Below, piece by piece: positions 40,083 to 53,634 of a DNA stretch of 64,000 nt. This DNA is from an uncultured Chthonomonadaceae bacterium. GTDB taxonomy: Bacteria; Armatimonadota; Chthonomonadetes; Chthonomonadales; Chthonomonadaceae. The DNA lies in the NCBI GenBank assembly GCA_963835065.1, contig CAWIEK010000041.1, positions 1 to 64,000 on the forward strand, in the 5' to 3' direction. How positions within the stretch are numbered: position 1 is the stretch's first letter; each line of letters begins with the position of its first letter. Under the pieces are notes generated by a model, which searched no databases, had not been told where the DNA came from, and saw only the letters and a list, made by a program, of their open reading frames with translations. The position numbers were made by a program, and so were the translations under genes.

Positions 40083-41599
40083 GAGCGTTTCCCTTTTTGC
40101 GTACCATGCGGGCGCGTCTTACCCTGTGGAACGTGTTCGTCCTCGCCCTCATGCTCCTGACCCTGGGCGGCATCCTGCGCGCCGTCGTGACGCACAATCT
40201 CATGGCTGCCATTGACAGCGATCTTGCCCACCGCGCGCTGCGTCACAAAGAATTTTGGGCCAACGTGCCCCAGGCAAGTCACGAACACTGGCCCCCGGAG
40301 AAACGTCCCTCGGGGAAACTACCCGAAGGGCCATCAGTCGGCGCGCAATCCGTCCGCCAACGACCGCGAACAACGTTGGTAGCCGCATCCTCTATCGAAA
40401 TAGGCACGGCGTCCCGCTGGCGCGCGCCCGTCATCGAGCGCGTGTTCGATGGCAACGCAAAGCAGAGCTGGCCGCCCTATGAACAGGAAGCGCCCTGGAG
40501 TCTGGAGGCGTTTGCTCACGCCGCGCAGGGACAGGAGACATATTCGACTATTTTGGAGGGAGGTGAGCGGGTGCGGGTTCTGTCTGCGCCGCTGCGCCGC
40601 CGCTCCGGGCAGGTGGCGGGTGTCGTCCAGGTGGGGGCCTCGCTCGCCGATGTGGACCGTTCTCTGAACAATCTGAATACGACCTTGCTGACCCTCATGC
40701 CCGTTGCTCTACTGATTGCCGGTGTGGGAGGACTGTTGCTGACGGGCCGGATGCTGCGGCCTCTGCGCCATGTCAATCAGGAAATCGCGCTCATCCGAGC
40801 CGAAGACCTGTCCCGTCGCCTCATGGTGAGCGGGCAGGACGAATTCTCGAATCTGGCAACCAATGTCAACGCCATGCTCCATCGCCTGGAGGAGGCATTC
40901 GCGCAGCAGCGTCGCTTTACTGCCGATGCCTCACACGAACTGCGTACGCCGCTCACGGTTATCAAAGCCCACTCCAGTCGGGGTGTGGCCGATCCAGAGA
41001 GTTCCGAGAAGCAGCGGCGGGCGTGGGCCGCGACAGATCGGGCCGCGACCCTCATGAACGCTATTGTCCAGGATTTGCTCCTCCTGGCCCGCTCCGACGC
41101 GGGACAACTCACCCTGGCCCTGCATCCTACGGCCTTATGGGACAGCGTTGAGGCGGCGAGGGAGGCTGTTCAGGCGGAAGGCAGTGCCACAATCTCCAAC
41201 CATGTTCCTCGCCATCTGATGGTAAGCGGCGATACGATGCTCCTCACGCGGCTGTTTACCAACCTGCTGAAAAACGCGCTGCGCCATACGCCAGCCGAGG
41301 GTTCTATCACAATCATGGCAGAGGCAAGGAACGATACGATCATCGCCACGGTTGCAGATACGGGCACGGGCATCGCGCCCGATCACCTCCCCCATCTCCT
41401 GGAACGCTTCTACCGCGTGGACGAAGCGCGTTCGCGCGCCGGGGGCGGAACCGGGTTGGGGCTGTCGATCTGCCAGAGTATTGTGAGCGCGCATGGCGGC
41501 AGACTTGAAATCACCAGTTCTGTAGGTGTAGGCACGACGGTGCATGTCTCTCTGTGCCCCATAAATCCAACCGATGTTATAATCAAGCGGGCGAATTAA
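40079..41599 (+). CDS. HAMP sensor histidine kinase (CusS-like)
   Basis: Two TMs, ADASHELRTP, NLLKNALRH, DTGTGI and GTGLGL. Confidence 0.95.
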   Translation: MRAFPFLRTMRARLTLWNVFVLALMLLTLGGILRAVVTHNLMAAIDSDLAHRALRHKEFWANVPQASHEHWPPEKRPSGKLPEGPSVGAQSVRQRPRTTLVAASSIEIGTASRWRAPVIERVFDGNAKQSWPPYEQEAPWSLEAFAHAAQGQETYSTILEGGERVRVLSAPLRRRSGQVAGVVQVGASLADVDRSLNNLNTTLLTLMPVALLIAGVGGLLLTGRMLRPLRHVNQEIALIRAEDLSRRLMVSGQDEFSNLATNVNAMLHRLEEAFAQQRRFTADASHELRTPLTVIKAHSSRGVADPESSEKQRRAWAATDRAATLMNAIVQDLLLLARSDAGQLTLALHPTALWDSVEAAREAVQAEGSATISNHVPRHLMVSGDTMLLTRLFTNLLKNALRHTPAEGSITIMAEARNDTIIATVADTGTGIAPDHLPHLLERFYRVDEARSRAGGGTGLGLSICQSIVSAHGGRLEITSSVGVGTTVHVSLCPINPTDVIIKRAN

Positions 41600-41810
41600 T
41601 AACAGGTGCAGCCTTATGAAAACAGCAACGCGCTTCGCCTTCCCGATCAGGAAACCGGAATGGGAGCGGCGGCCTTTGCCGCCGCTTATGAGACGGGATG
41701 CCTGGCTGAATGGGAGCAGATCGTCGTTTCCGCATTGGAACCCGGTTTGCCCTTGATGCCTGCCGCCCCTCCCTCCGGCCCGTGAACGCTCCGTCTATCT
41801 GGCGTTCCGC

Positions 41811-41988
41811 CAATGGGAGTTTCGCATGGGCGGGTATCAGTCCACGTTCAAGTGGCTCGATGACCGCAGGCCGTGTCCTGACCGAAACCGACATTACGCA
41901 TTACCGCAAAATGCTCGCATCGTTGCGCGAAACGAGCGTGTTGCTGCCGTCTGTGGATGCCGTGTTCACGCGGATGCTGGGCGGATGA
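41811..41988 (+). pseudogene. C-terminal remnant of a type ISP restriction-modification enzyme
   Basis: WEFRMGGYQ..KWLDDR, then after a shift GRVLTETDITHYRKMLASLRET. Confidence 0.65.
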
Positions 41989-42607
41989 GGGTCCAATCTT
42001 CCAATCTGTACAAACAAGACAAAAAGAGCAAAATAACACGGAAAAAGCGAAACTTTTGCTCGATACGTCCGTCTAAATACTAGAATAACGTCTACTATAC
42101 AGACGTTATACATACAGGAAGGGAGGTGCCAGTCCTATGTTTCACCCCTCCCGTTCGCCCTGACGCTTACGAGGCCACGACGCCTCTCTCCTACAACTTG
42201 ACACAACGAGACATCGGGCTGGAAGCGCTGCATTGCCAAGATTTCGACGATGACTCTACATACTCTTTTTTCTACATGCCCTTTTTCCGGCGCTTTCATC
42301 CTTCATCCTGCGAAAATGCGGGCAGGCATAGGGTCGGTGTTCATCCAGGATGTGCTTCGCAATGTCGAGCGTACCATTGGGTGAGCTGCAATCTGACAAC
42401 GCAAACACCCTGTTCCTTATTTGGAAGCAGGGCGTTTGTCATCTTCGGGCGGCGCGAATGTAGGTATACTGTTTCCATGCGAGAAACAGTTTACAGGAAC
42501 GTTCTGGTTCCTCAAACGGCAATAGCTTGGTGTGAGGACACCGCGAAAGGAGAATACGCGCAAGTTTTAACCGTCTCTGGCGGAGCGGCTTAGGCGTAAA
42601 GCAGACT

Positions 42608-43417
<810 letters not shown>

Positions 43418-43614
43418 CCGGTATAGAGTGCAGTGGCAAACCGTCTGCAAAGCCTGTAACTGTGAGCTGGCTTGCGCTGTCAAAGAGTTTGAATTCCGGC
43501 ATTGACACCGCGTGGGTTTTTTGCTACACTAGAGAAAGTTTCTTGACACAGCAACTGATACCTTTGAAAAGCGAAGTCTGCTTTGCCGTGCCATTGTCGA
43601 GAAGGAGAGGTGAA

Positions 43615-43827
43615 ATGGCCGAAGTTACTGTAGATACCGAGCAGCAGGTGGAAACATCTGCAAACGTGGTTGCCCATGCCTTGTCGCAGGGCACTGCAAC
43701 GCAACAGGTTGTTTCTCCAGAACAGGCTGCTGACCTCTGTGAAACGCTAACGGATGTCAAACCTGCTACGGAGGCGCTGCGCAAAGCGGCTGCAAAACCG
43801 CGTCGTTTTGTGTTTGTTGCCCGATAA
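43615..43827 (+). CDS. Putative antitoxin (resembles DUF1778 C-terminus)
   Basis: AGGAGAGG RBS; VSPEQAADLCETL..PATEALRKAA; directly upstream of the GNAT gene. Confidence 0.55.
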   Translation: MAEVTVDTEQQVETSANVVAHALSQGTATQQVVSPEQAADLCETLTDVKPATEALRKAAAKPRRFVFVAR

Positions 43828-43839
43828 AGCAGGCCGCAG

Positions 43840-44332
43840 ATGCTGACCATCGTTGCCCTTACTGAGTCGCATAATCGAAAGTCGTTCAATTGCGGTAGAC
43901 CTGCATTGAACGACTTTTTGATAAAACGCGCCCTTTCTCCGTATTTCCGAACGTATGTGGTTGTGCCGGAACGAACCTCATCCGAAATCATCGCCTTCTT
44001 CACGATAAGTCCCGATCCTACGGAAATTATACGGGGTGACTACAAAGCAGGCGGGCTGCTCACTCGTCTGGTGAAGCTGGAGTATTTAGCCGTTGATAAC
44101 AACTAGCAACGGCATAGGGGAAGACCTGCTCGTCTACATCATGGAGCAAGCCGTACAAGCCGCCACAGAGTACGCGATTGACGCTCTGGTTTTGACGCCG
44201 CTCGACAAAGAGGCCGAGCAGTGGTACCTAAAACGCGATTTCGGATTCGCGGTAACGTACATACCCGACAGAGCATTAATTTTGTCTGTTGAAACCATGC
44301 GAACAGTACTCGGCGGTTCCTCAACAGAATAG
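43840..44332 (+). CDS. GNAT toxin-like acetyltransferase (frameshift near 44104)
   Basis: HNRKSFNCGRPALNDFL, LAVD / GIGEDLL and AEQWYL..FGF. Confidence 0.7.
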
Positions 44333-44489
44333 TAAGCAGGAACATTCCTATTTGTTTTTGTTCTTTTTCGTTTATTTCGCGTCTTTCGCGGTTCCCTCGC
44401 TCCTAATCTTTTCTCTGTGACCCCTCTGTGTCTCTGTGTCTCTGTGGTGCAAGTTTCTTACTCTTCTTTGCGTTCATTCGAGGTTACTT

Positions 44490-45528
44490 ATGCCAACCGA
44501 CTCTGTTCTGCCTTTGTGCCTGACCGCCTATAGCCTGCCGCATACGATGGGCTATGTGAAAACGCGCGACGATGCGCCCAATGCCGCGCCCCTGACGCCG
44601 CTTGGCCTAGCGGATTTAGCCCGCGATTTGGGACTGGCGGGCGTGGAACTGCCGCTTGCCGCTCGCGTCCCCTCGTTCAACGGCCAGATTGTGGAAGCTG
44701 CAGGCGTCCCGGACAATTTTCCTGAAGAACTGGCGTCCCGGAATTTAAAACTGGTGGCGGATTACGGCGCGCTGCTGGATTACGACGCGGCGCATACCCG
44801 CGCTTATCTGAACAAGGCCGCGCAGGAGGGCGCAAAAGTCGTGCGCGCGATTTTAAGCCATTTGCTGTGCGGCGACCGGCGTAAAATGGCAGGCGGATGG
44901 GACGCGCACCGGGACGCGATTGCCGTGCGCCTGCGCGAACTGCTGCCGTATGCCGAAGACAAAGGCATAATTCCTGGCATTGGAAAACCATCAGGACGCG
45001 ACAACCGAAGATTTCTGGTGGCTGTATGAGCAGACGGGGCAAAGCGCGGCGTTCGGCGTCACGCTCGACACGGGCAACCCGCTTTCCGTCGGACAAGACC
45101 CCGCAGAAGCGGCGCGGCAACTGGCTCCTCTCATCCGGCACGTGCATCTAAAAGATTATACGATGCACTTTGCGCCCGAAGGCTTTCGGCTTGTACGCTG
45201 CGCGGCCGGGGAGGGCGTGATTGACTTTCCGGCCATTATGAAAGCCGTTCGCGCCAACGGCCATGACCTGCTGCCGGGAATCGAAATCGCCGCGCAGCAG
45301 ACGCGCACCATTCCGCTTCTGGAACCCGATTGGTGGGAACATTACCCGGTCAGAACTACGGACGCGCTCATTCCCGTCCTGCAAATCCTGTGGGCAAAGG
45401 GCAGGCCGCAAAACGAACCCTATTCCAGCGCGTGGGAGCGTGGCGAGGGTTCCGAAACGGTGAAGCAGGAAGAATTAGACGTGGTTCGGCGCAGCGTGGC
45501 GTACTTCCGCTCACTGTCAACAACATAA
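44490..45528 (+). CDS. Sugar phosphate isomerase/epimerase (frameshift near 44975)
   Basis: ENHQD, LDTGN, HVHLKD and GEGVID. Confidence 0.85.
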
Positions 45529-45682
45529 AGAAACCGACAATTCACGGGGCGCGTAGGGGCTGTTAAGAGCCACTCCCAGTAGGCGCGGCATTTGCGTCCG
45601 CAGGACGCTTGTACTTTCCTGCCGGGTACTTTCAGTACCCGGCCTATGGGGAGTGGCTGTTAAGAAAAGGGGCGAAGCCGCC

Positions 45683-46544
45683 ATGAAATCTCCTGCGCAT
45701 CCGGTTAAGGCATTCTCGTTGGTTGAGTTGCTTGTGGTGATTGCGGTTATTCTGATATTGGCCGCGCTGCTGTTTCCGGTGTTTGGAAGCGCGCGGGGCA
45801 AAGCGCGGCAGACCGCCTGCCTGTCGAACGCGCGGCAGCTTGCCCTTGCCTGCGAACAGTACGTCAGCGATAACGACAACACTTACCCGCTCCTTTGGTG
45901 GGCGGGCGCGGCTTATCCCTACGTCAACAACACCGCCGTCTTACCATTGTCCCGAAGATGGCAACCGGGCCGCAAAAATGGACAAGGGCGCGACGGCTTA
46001 CCCGGTTTCCTACGCCTACAACATCAACCTGCTGGACATGCCCCACCATACCACAGCGGAGGTGACTTCCCCGGCGCAATCCGTGCTGCTGTTCGAGGCG
46101 ACGGGCATCAACGCGCAGTTGCTGGATACGACGGAAGGCGTTCGCTCCGATACGATTGGCCCGCAGCAGTTTTCCGGCGGCGGCGACGGCCTTGATTGTA
46201 ATCTGGAAACCACCGGCCCAACCACGCAGGACACATCTCAATACCCTAATGCGCTGTATGCAACCGGCCTCCTGGACAACTGGCAGGAAACCACCGACCA
46301 CTGCCCCCCGCAATACGAAGACCACAACGGGCGCCACAACAACGGCTCTGTCTTTGTCGCAGTGGATGGACACGCCAAATGGCTGCCGGGCATGCAAGTG
46401 AGCGCGGGCTACAACGCCCCATCCGCAAGCGCCGATCAAACCCGCAGCGGCTGCATCTCCCACGACATCCAAGCGCAGCCAACGCAGCCCTGCGCCGCCG
46501 GTTCCGCCAACGGCAAACACACATTGACGTTCAGCATCAAATGA
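45683..46544 (+). CDS. Prepilin-type N-terminal / DUF1559 / H-X9-DG protein (frameshift near 45940)
   Basis: AFSLVELLVVIAVI, ARQTACLSN and RHNNGSVFVAVDGHAKW. Confidence 0.88.
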
Positions 46545-46679
46545 ACGGCATAATCAGCAACAAATAGGCGGCAAAACACGATGAGCAAAGAAACGTATTC
46601 GCCTGTGGAAACTTCCATTGGATTTCTGCGTGGACGCGATGCTGTGTATCTGTATACGCTCCATTATGACGGCAGTACG

Positions 46680-47909
46680 TTAGAGTGTTTGCGACAAGGG
46701 ACAAGCAAAGAACGCTTCTTGACGGCTGTGTTCCGTCACGGCTTTTGCTTCCTCCGTATTCCTGCTTTCAGCATGAAGCGGCGATTGGCGTTCGCGCAAA
46801 GCGTTGCCTGCGCGTCCGGCGACAACGGCTTGCAGTTCGGCCACAATGGACAGCGCGATTTCATCCGGGTTGTCCGCGCCGATGTCAAGGCCGACCGGCC
46901 CATGCAGGCGGGCACGTTGGGCGTGGGTTGGCGTAACGCCTTCCCCTTCGATATGCTCCAGCAGGCGGTGCAGGCGCTTCTTCGGCCCTAAGACGCCGAT
47001 GTAGCGCGCGGGCGAAACGAGTAACTGCGCCAGCAAATCCGCGTCGTGCAGAAAGTTATGCGTCATCAGTAGGGTGAAGGTGTCCGGGGCGATTTCTAGT
47101 TTTTGAGGCAGGGCGTCCGGGGTGCAGCCGACAACCGAATCGGCCTCCGCGAACCGTTCCGCCGATACCAATGTACAGCGCGGATCAACAACGGTGACAT
47201 GCCAGCCCATTTGTTTCGCCAGGCGGACAACGGGCAAAGCGTCCTGTCCCGCCCCGAAAACAACCAGCGGGCGCGGCGGCAGCACACATTCGAGACTGAT
47301 TTCCACTGTCGCGCCATGTGTCTCGTAGCGCCGAACTTCGGTTTTACCCTCCTGCCGCATACGAACCATATCCTGAATCAAAATGTCGTGAAGCGGGCCA
47401 CAGCGCAGACGGCCCTCACTGTTTCCATTCTCATGCAGAATCAGCCGGTCGCCAACCACCATGCCGGACTTTGAACCCTCCTCATTCGTAACGCGCAGTA
47501 CCGTTGCAAGTACGCCTCGCTTGCGCGTTTCCAGACACGTTTGCAGAAATGCCAGTACATCCTTATCAGGAACTTGGGCGGTTGTTGGCGTCAAGCGTTC
47601 CAGCAGCACATGTACCACGCCGTTGCAGCCCAGCCCGAAACCCCAAACAATATCTTCATTCGCGGTTGAATCATACGTGACAAGTACCGGCCCGCTTGCC
47701 GTCCGTTCCCACGCGGTTTGCAGCATATCCGCTTCCAGACACCCGCCGCTGATCGCGCCCGCCGCCCAACCTTTATTGGTAAACAGCATCCGCGCGCCCG
47801 GACGCCGGTACGTGGAACCCTCCGTTTGCACAACGGTTGCCAGAAACGCCGGTTCGCCCGTTTCCCGTATCTGCCGCCACGCTTCCAAGATGGCCTGTGT
47901 TTCGTTCAT
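46680..47909 (-). CDS. xdhC: XdhC/CoxI molybdenum cofactor accessory protein
   Basis: GSTYRRPGARML, ISGGCLE, GLGCNG, MTHN and PVGLDIGA. Confidence 0.93.
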   Translation of the reverse strand: MNETQAILEAWRQIRETGEPAFLATVVQTEGSTYRRPGARMLFTNKGWAAGAISGGCLEADMLQTAWERTASGPVLVTYDSTANEDIVWGFGLGCNGVVHVLLERLTPTTAQVPDKDVLAFLQTCLETRKRGVLATVLRVTNEEGSKSGMVVGDRLILHENGNSEGRLRCGPLHDILIQDMVRMRQEGKTEVRRYETHGATVEISLECVLPPRPLVVFGAGQDALPVVRLAKQMGWHVTVVDPRCTLVSAERFAEADSVVGCTPDALPQKLEIAPDTFTLLMTHNFLHDADLLAQLLVSPARYIGVLGPKKRLHRLLEHIEGEGVTPTHAQRARLHGPVGLDIGADNPDEIALSIVAELQAVVAGRAGNALRERQSPLHAESRNTEEAKAVTEHSRQEAFFACPLSQTL

Positions 47910-47919
47910 TGTAGTTCCT

Positions 47920-48044
47920 GAGTAGTCAGTAGTCAGTAGTCAGTAGTCAGTAGAAATACCTGCTTACTCAAAATTGTGCAGTGCGGTAACAACTTACAGG
48001 CGAGGGTTTTTCTACTGACTACTGACTACTGACTACTGACTACT
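47920..48044. repeat. Inverted pair of heptamer arrays (TAGTCAG)n/(CTGACTA)n
   Basis: Lies between paoC-like copy 2 and xdhC. Confidence 0.9.
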
Positions 48045-50320
48045 ACAAAAGCTTATCCGGCGTAATCGGCAGGTCGCGGACGCGCTTGCCGGTGGCGTGG
48101 AAAATGGCGTTGGCGATGGCGGCGGGACCGCCCGTGATGCCGATCTCGCCTACGCCTTTCACGCCAATCGGGTTGACATGCATATCCGTTTCCTGCACGA
48201 AAAAGGCGTCTATGTCGGGCACATCGGCGTTGACGGGAACGTGGTACTCGGCAAGGTCGCGGTTGACGACGCGGCCCAGGCGCGGGTCCATGATCGTCGC
48301 TTCGTGCAGGGCCATGCCGATAGCCCACACCATGCCGCCTAAAATTTGCGAACGGGCGGTCTTGGCATTTAGAATACGCCCCGCCGCGAACGCGCCCACC
48401 ATGCGGGCAATCCGCGTTTCACCCGACGCCGGGTTGACATGGACTTCCACAAACTGCGCGCCGAACGCATGGGACGAATACTCTTTCTTTTCTTCGCCCG
48501 GTTTCGCGCTGCCTTCCGCCGTCAGCATATCCTTGTTGTTACGTTTCAGCAAGTCAGCGTAGCTTTCGCCCTGCGCGGGGTTGTTTTTGACGAACAAGCG
48601 CCCGTTTTCGCTGCCGATCTGGTCTTCGGCTTGGCCGTGTAAGGGCGAGTTGGCATCCCCTATCGCTAATTGAACAGCCTGCTTGCGAACTTCAAGCGCC
48701 GCCGCTTTTAAGGCCGAGCCGACGCTTGCCGCCGTTTGCGAACCGCCCGACACCGGAGCCTGCGGCATCCGAGTATCGCCCAACTCAAAGCGGGCTTTCT
48801 CTACCGGGACGCCCACAATTTCCGCGATAAGCTGCGTCATGATCGTATACGTGCCTGTGCCCAAATCCTGCGTTCCGCTCACGCCCCGAACGCGCCCGTC
48901 CGCCATGATTTCTACGCGGGCGGTTGCCTCACTGCGGTTTGTCGGATACGTGGACGTTGCCATGCCATAGCCGATTAGCCAGCCATTTTCGGTTTTCATG
49001 GAGCCGATTGCGGGGTTGCGCTTGCTCCAGCCGATGCGCTCCGCGCCCTGCCGGTAACATTCGCGCAGTTCCTTGCTCGACCAGGGCAGTTTGCGGTGTT
49101 CGTCCATTTCGGCATAATTGCGCAGGCGCAGTTCAACGGGGTCAAGATGCAGCGCGTATGCCAGTTCGTCCATTGCGGACTCCAGCGCGAAACAGCCCGG
49201 CGCTTCTCCCGGCGCGCGCTGGCTTGTGGGCGTCCCTTTGTTGATGCGAACCAGTTTATGCGTCCCTACCACATTCGGGACATGAGTACAAAATGGGCGC
49301 GACAACGCCGCATTTTTCCGTAAACTCGTCATAGGGCGAGGTGTTGTTCGTTGTCGCGTGAATGATGCTTTGCAGTCTGCCATCCCTGTCCGCTCCAAGC
49401 GCGACGCGCTGCAATGTCTGCGCCCGATGCCCTACGGACGTAAACATCTGCTGCCGCGTCAGTTCCAATTTGACGGGACGGCCTACTTTGCGCGCGGCAA
49501 TCGCGGCCAAAACGACGTGCGGCCACGTAAACCCCTTGCATCCGAACCCGCCGCCCACAAAATAGCAGACGGTACGGACGTTTTCGCGGGGTATGCCCAA
49601 AATTTTAGCCGTGACGTTTTGTGAACCCGAAACCCATTGCGTCGCGTCGTAAATGGTCAGTTTATCGCCTTCCCAGGCGGCAATTGTGGCCGAAGGTTCC
49701 ATCGGGTTGTGGTTTTCCACGGGCGTTCGGTACAGGCGATCCACTTTTACGGGAGAAAGCGCAAGCGCCACTTCCGGTTCGCCGCGCTTGCTGTCGTTGG
49801 GTTCGCGTCCCGCATCCGCCGGCGCTTTGATGGCTTCGTGCAGATGCCGCTCCATTTCGGTTTTGGGCGGCTCCTGCTGGTACTCCACTTTCACCCGTTC
49901 CCCCGCGTACCGCGCCTGCTCAAACGTTTCCGCGACGACGACGGCGATATGCTGTCCGCTGTAATAAATGGTGGCATCTTGAAGCGGCAGGAGTTTTTGT
50001 CCCGGTTTGCCGGGATTCTGCTGCTGTTGCTGCTGCTGCGCGTCTTCGGGCTTGCTTTTGGCGTTGGCCTGTGGGAACTGGTTTAATTTAGGCGCGTTGA
50101 GGTGCGTGATAATGGTCAGGACGCCGGGCAGATGTTCCGCTTCACTGGTGTCTATGCTGACAATGCTGCCGCGCGCAATCGTGCTTTGGATGATGTAAGC
50201 GTGGACAAGGCCGGGCAGGTCGAACTCTGCCGCATACGGTGCGGTTCCCGTCACCTTTTGCCGCCCATCAATGCGGTTGAGCGGCTTGCCCACAATCTGC
50301 CCACCTAAACCATTGCTCAT
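48043..50320 (-). CDS. Xanthine dehydrogenase family Mo subunit, PaoC/YagR-like, copy 2 (frameshift near 49285)
   Basis: RIDGRQKVTG, HNPMEP, VGGGFGCK, RAPGE, DLGTGTYT and KGVGEIG. Confidence 0.9.
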
Positions 50321-50353
50321 GTCTGTTTCAAGCTGCATGACTCAAAACTCCTG

Positions 50354-51064
50354 TTACTTTCTGTGTTGCTTTTCGTGTTTTTCTTTCAGGTCTTCCGTCA
50401 AGGCCCAGAGCGCTATGCGCTGAAGCAGAACGCCGATGACGGCAACCGCGCCGGCAAAAGCCGAATAACGCATAATCTCCGAAGGCGTGGTGGGAATATA
50501 CAGCAGCGCTCGGTTGATATAGGGACTCAGCCATTTTAGCGTCATCAACTCACCGGCAAAGACCACGCTTCCCATGAGGAAGGCTTTTGCAGGGCGTCGA
50601 ATCAACAGGCCAAGCGCAAAAGCGATGCAAAAACCGCCCGTTTCCAGCCTGACCATGCCCATCAAACTGCCAAGCCCGCATAGCGCGGCCAGAATCGCGC
50701 CGAACACGTGAAAAGAACGTTTTCCAGTCCGTCCGTCAGCAGTCGGCGCGGCGAATGGAAGAAGGAGCGTTCGCCGCGTGGGAACCTCGCCAACCGTCAT
50801 GACTTCCTGCTGCGCTTCCGCCGCAATCTCGGCAATGGCCTGCCGCACGAAAGATCGGGTTCAGCTCGGTTTCCACGCAGGATAATTGCAGTTCCTGAAC
50901 GGTTCCCATAGCAACACTGCTCAAGGCGGTTCCCGAATTTCGCGCCGCAAGCATCGCGTCTGCTGCTGCAATCGCGCCGCCCGTTCCCAAACGTCGCGCT
51001 GCATGGTGGCATCCGGGCGCAGCGTGGAAGTGGGCGCTTGTTCCAGTTGTTCAAAGTGTTGCAT
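50354..51064 (-). CDS. Membrane protein between the two Mo subunit genes (two frameshifts)
   Basis: ATG 51064 after GAGG; VWERAARLQ, then VRQAIAE and several TM helices in ORF 50354..50848. Confidence 0.55.
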
Positions 51065-51088
51065 AGGACGCTCTTGCCGTCTGCCTCC

Positions 51089-53574
51089 TCAAACAATTTT
51101 ATCCAGCGTGATCGGCAGGTCGCGGACGCGCTTGCCGGTTGCATGGTAAACGGCGTTGGCGACGGCTGCCGCTACGCCCGTAATGCCGATTTCGCCGACG
51201 CCCCGCGCGCCCGGACCGCCGATGTGCGGGTCGGGAATGTCGAGGAAGTAAGTTTCAATGGGCGGAATGTCGGCGTTGACGGGAACATGGTACTCGGCAA
51301 GGTCTCGGTTGAGAATACGCCCCGTGCGCGTGTCGGTAACGGTTTCTTCCAGCAGCGCCATGCCGATGCCCATAATGGTTCCGCCGACAATCTGGCTGTT
51401 GGCGGTTTTCGGGTTGAGGATTTTGCCCACGTCGAACACGTTTACAACTCGCGCAATGCGGATTTCACCGGATTTAGGATTGATATGCACTTCCACGAAC
51501 TGCGCCCCGAACGAGTGAAAGGCATACTTGATCATGTTAGCGTTGGCGTCCGGGTCGGCGGAAATGGTAAGGGCGTCCGGCATGTCGCCGCCCGTCGGGA
51601 TTTTAGGCTGGCTGATGGTGTCACTGTTTCCGCTTCCACTCCCGCTGCCTGCCGTTTGCCCCGATTTCTGACTGTTCCGGCTGTTCTGATTGTGCTGGCT
51701 GCTCTGACTGTCTTTGTTGTCCGGCTTTGCGGCGTGTTTGTCGGTTTGGCGGGCGTCGGGCTTGCTTTTGTTTTCTTCCTGCTTGCCCTGCATTTCCGAG
51801 GTTGCCGTTGGCGCGTTGATGACGACTTCCACAGACGGCTGGCCGGAACCTTTTACCACGTCCGCAAAGGACATGAATTTGTCCGCCTGCCCGCGAACAA
51901 CCAATTTGCCGTCTATGGCCTGCACTTCGCTTGGCGACCTGCCGGACAGAGGAGAATTGGCATCTTTGCATGGCAAGCGTCACGAGTTTGTCTATCAGGG
52001 CGCGGGCTGCGCGCTGCACGGCGGGAGCGACGCTGGCAACGGTTTGTGATCCACCAGAAACGGGCGCGGGCGGCAGGCTGGAATCGCCCAACATAAACGT
52101 AACCTGTTCGATGGGCAGGCCGAGGGCGTCCGCCGCCACCTGCGCCATAACCGTATATGTGCCCGTGCCAATATCCTGCGTGGCGCTTGACACAACCACG
52201 CGGCCATCCGGGGAAATGGAAGCGCGGGCGGACGCGGGCGAGCGCAGGGCAGGATAGGTGGCGGTTGCCATGCCCATGCCGACCAGCCAGCCGTCCGCCG
52301 TTTTCATCGAACCGGGCATCGGGTTGCGCCGGTTCCAGCCGAACTTGTTCATGCCCAGGCGGTAGCAGGCGATCAAATATTTACTCGACCAGGGCTGCCC
52401 GGTTTGCGGGTGCGCGTCGGCATGGTTACGGATGCGCAGTTGAACCGGGTCAATCTGCATTTCGTAGGCCAGTTCGTCCAGCGCGGACTCCAGCGCGAAC
52501 GTGCCGGGGGATTCACCGGGCGCGCGCATGGGCGTAGGCGTACTCCGGTTCAAACGCGCAAGGGTGTGCGACACTTCCAGATTGGGGCAGGCGTACAGCA
52601 TTTTCGTGGTTAGACCCGGCGGCTCGCAGAACTCGTCCACTTCCGAGGTGTGCGTGACCGTGTGATGCCGGATGCCCATCAGACTGCCGTTGGCGTCCGC
52701 GCCCAATGAAATTTGTTGTACCGTTCGCGCCCGGTAGCCATTCGACGTGAACATCTGCTGCCGCGTGACGGCGATTTTCACCGGGCGGCCCACTTTGCGC
52801 GCCGCGGCGGCCGCCAGAATGGGAGGCCACCACGTCAGCCCCTTGCTGCCGAACCCGCCGCCCACATACGGCGAAACGATTTTCACCTGATTCGGGCGAA
52901 ATGCCCAATGCCTGCGCGCAAATGATGCGGCTGGCAACCACGCCCTGCGCGGAGTCGTACAGCGTCAGATGGTCCCCGTCCCAAACCGCAATCGTGGCGT
53001 GGGGTTCCATCGGATTGTGATGCTCGACGGGCGTACTGTACGTCTGCTCGATCTGCACGGCGGATTGCGCCAGCCCTTCAGTCGGGTTCGCGCGCCGGGT
53101 TTGCAGGTCTTCAAAGCCGAAGAACTTGGCGGGCTTGTACGCCCGGTTCATGCCCTGCTCGATTTCCACAACCGGCTTTTGCGCTGCATACATGACTTCC
53201 ACGAGGTCGGCGGCATGTTGGGCGTGTTCCAGCGTATCGGCAATCACAAGCGCGATGTGCTGTCCGTTGTAATGAATCGCATCCGTTTGCAGAGGAACGA
53301 ACAGTTCACCCGGCTTGCTGCCCCCCGCGCCGTTCGGGTCGGGCATGTTCAAGCGCGGCATATTCTGGTAGGTGAAAACAGCAAGCACACCCGGCGCGGC
53401 CTGCGCCGCGTTGGTATTAAGTGACGCAATGCGCCCCTTGCTAATAACACTTTGCACCAAAACGCCGTGCGCCAGATTGTCTATGTTATGTTCCGCCGCG
53501 TAGGTGGCGGTTCCGGTCACTTTCGCGCGCCCGTCCACGCGGTCTACGGGCTGTCCGATAGTTCCAAAGCTCAT
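51089..53574 (-). CDS. Xanthine dehydrogenase family Mo subunit, PaoC/YagR-like, copy 1 (two frameshifts)
   Basis: RVDGRAKVTG, HNPMEP, VGGGFGSK, MRAPGE and RGVGEIG across three frames. Confidence 0.9.
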
Positions 53575-53634
53575 GTCGGCCTCCTGTTCGCATCAGCACC
53601 GTTCAAATAAAGCGGTTGCCACCTCCAAAACAAG

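Noticed and set aside
46581..46690. Short ORF start MSKETYSPVETSIG..
   Set aside because: Runs antisense into the xdhC 3' end after about 33 codons; possibly a truncated gene but I cannot assign it.
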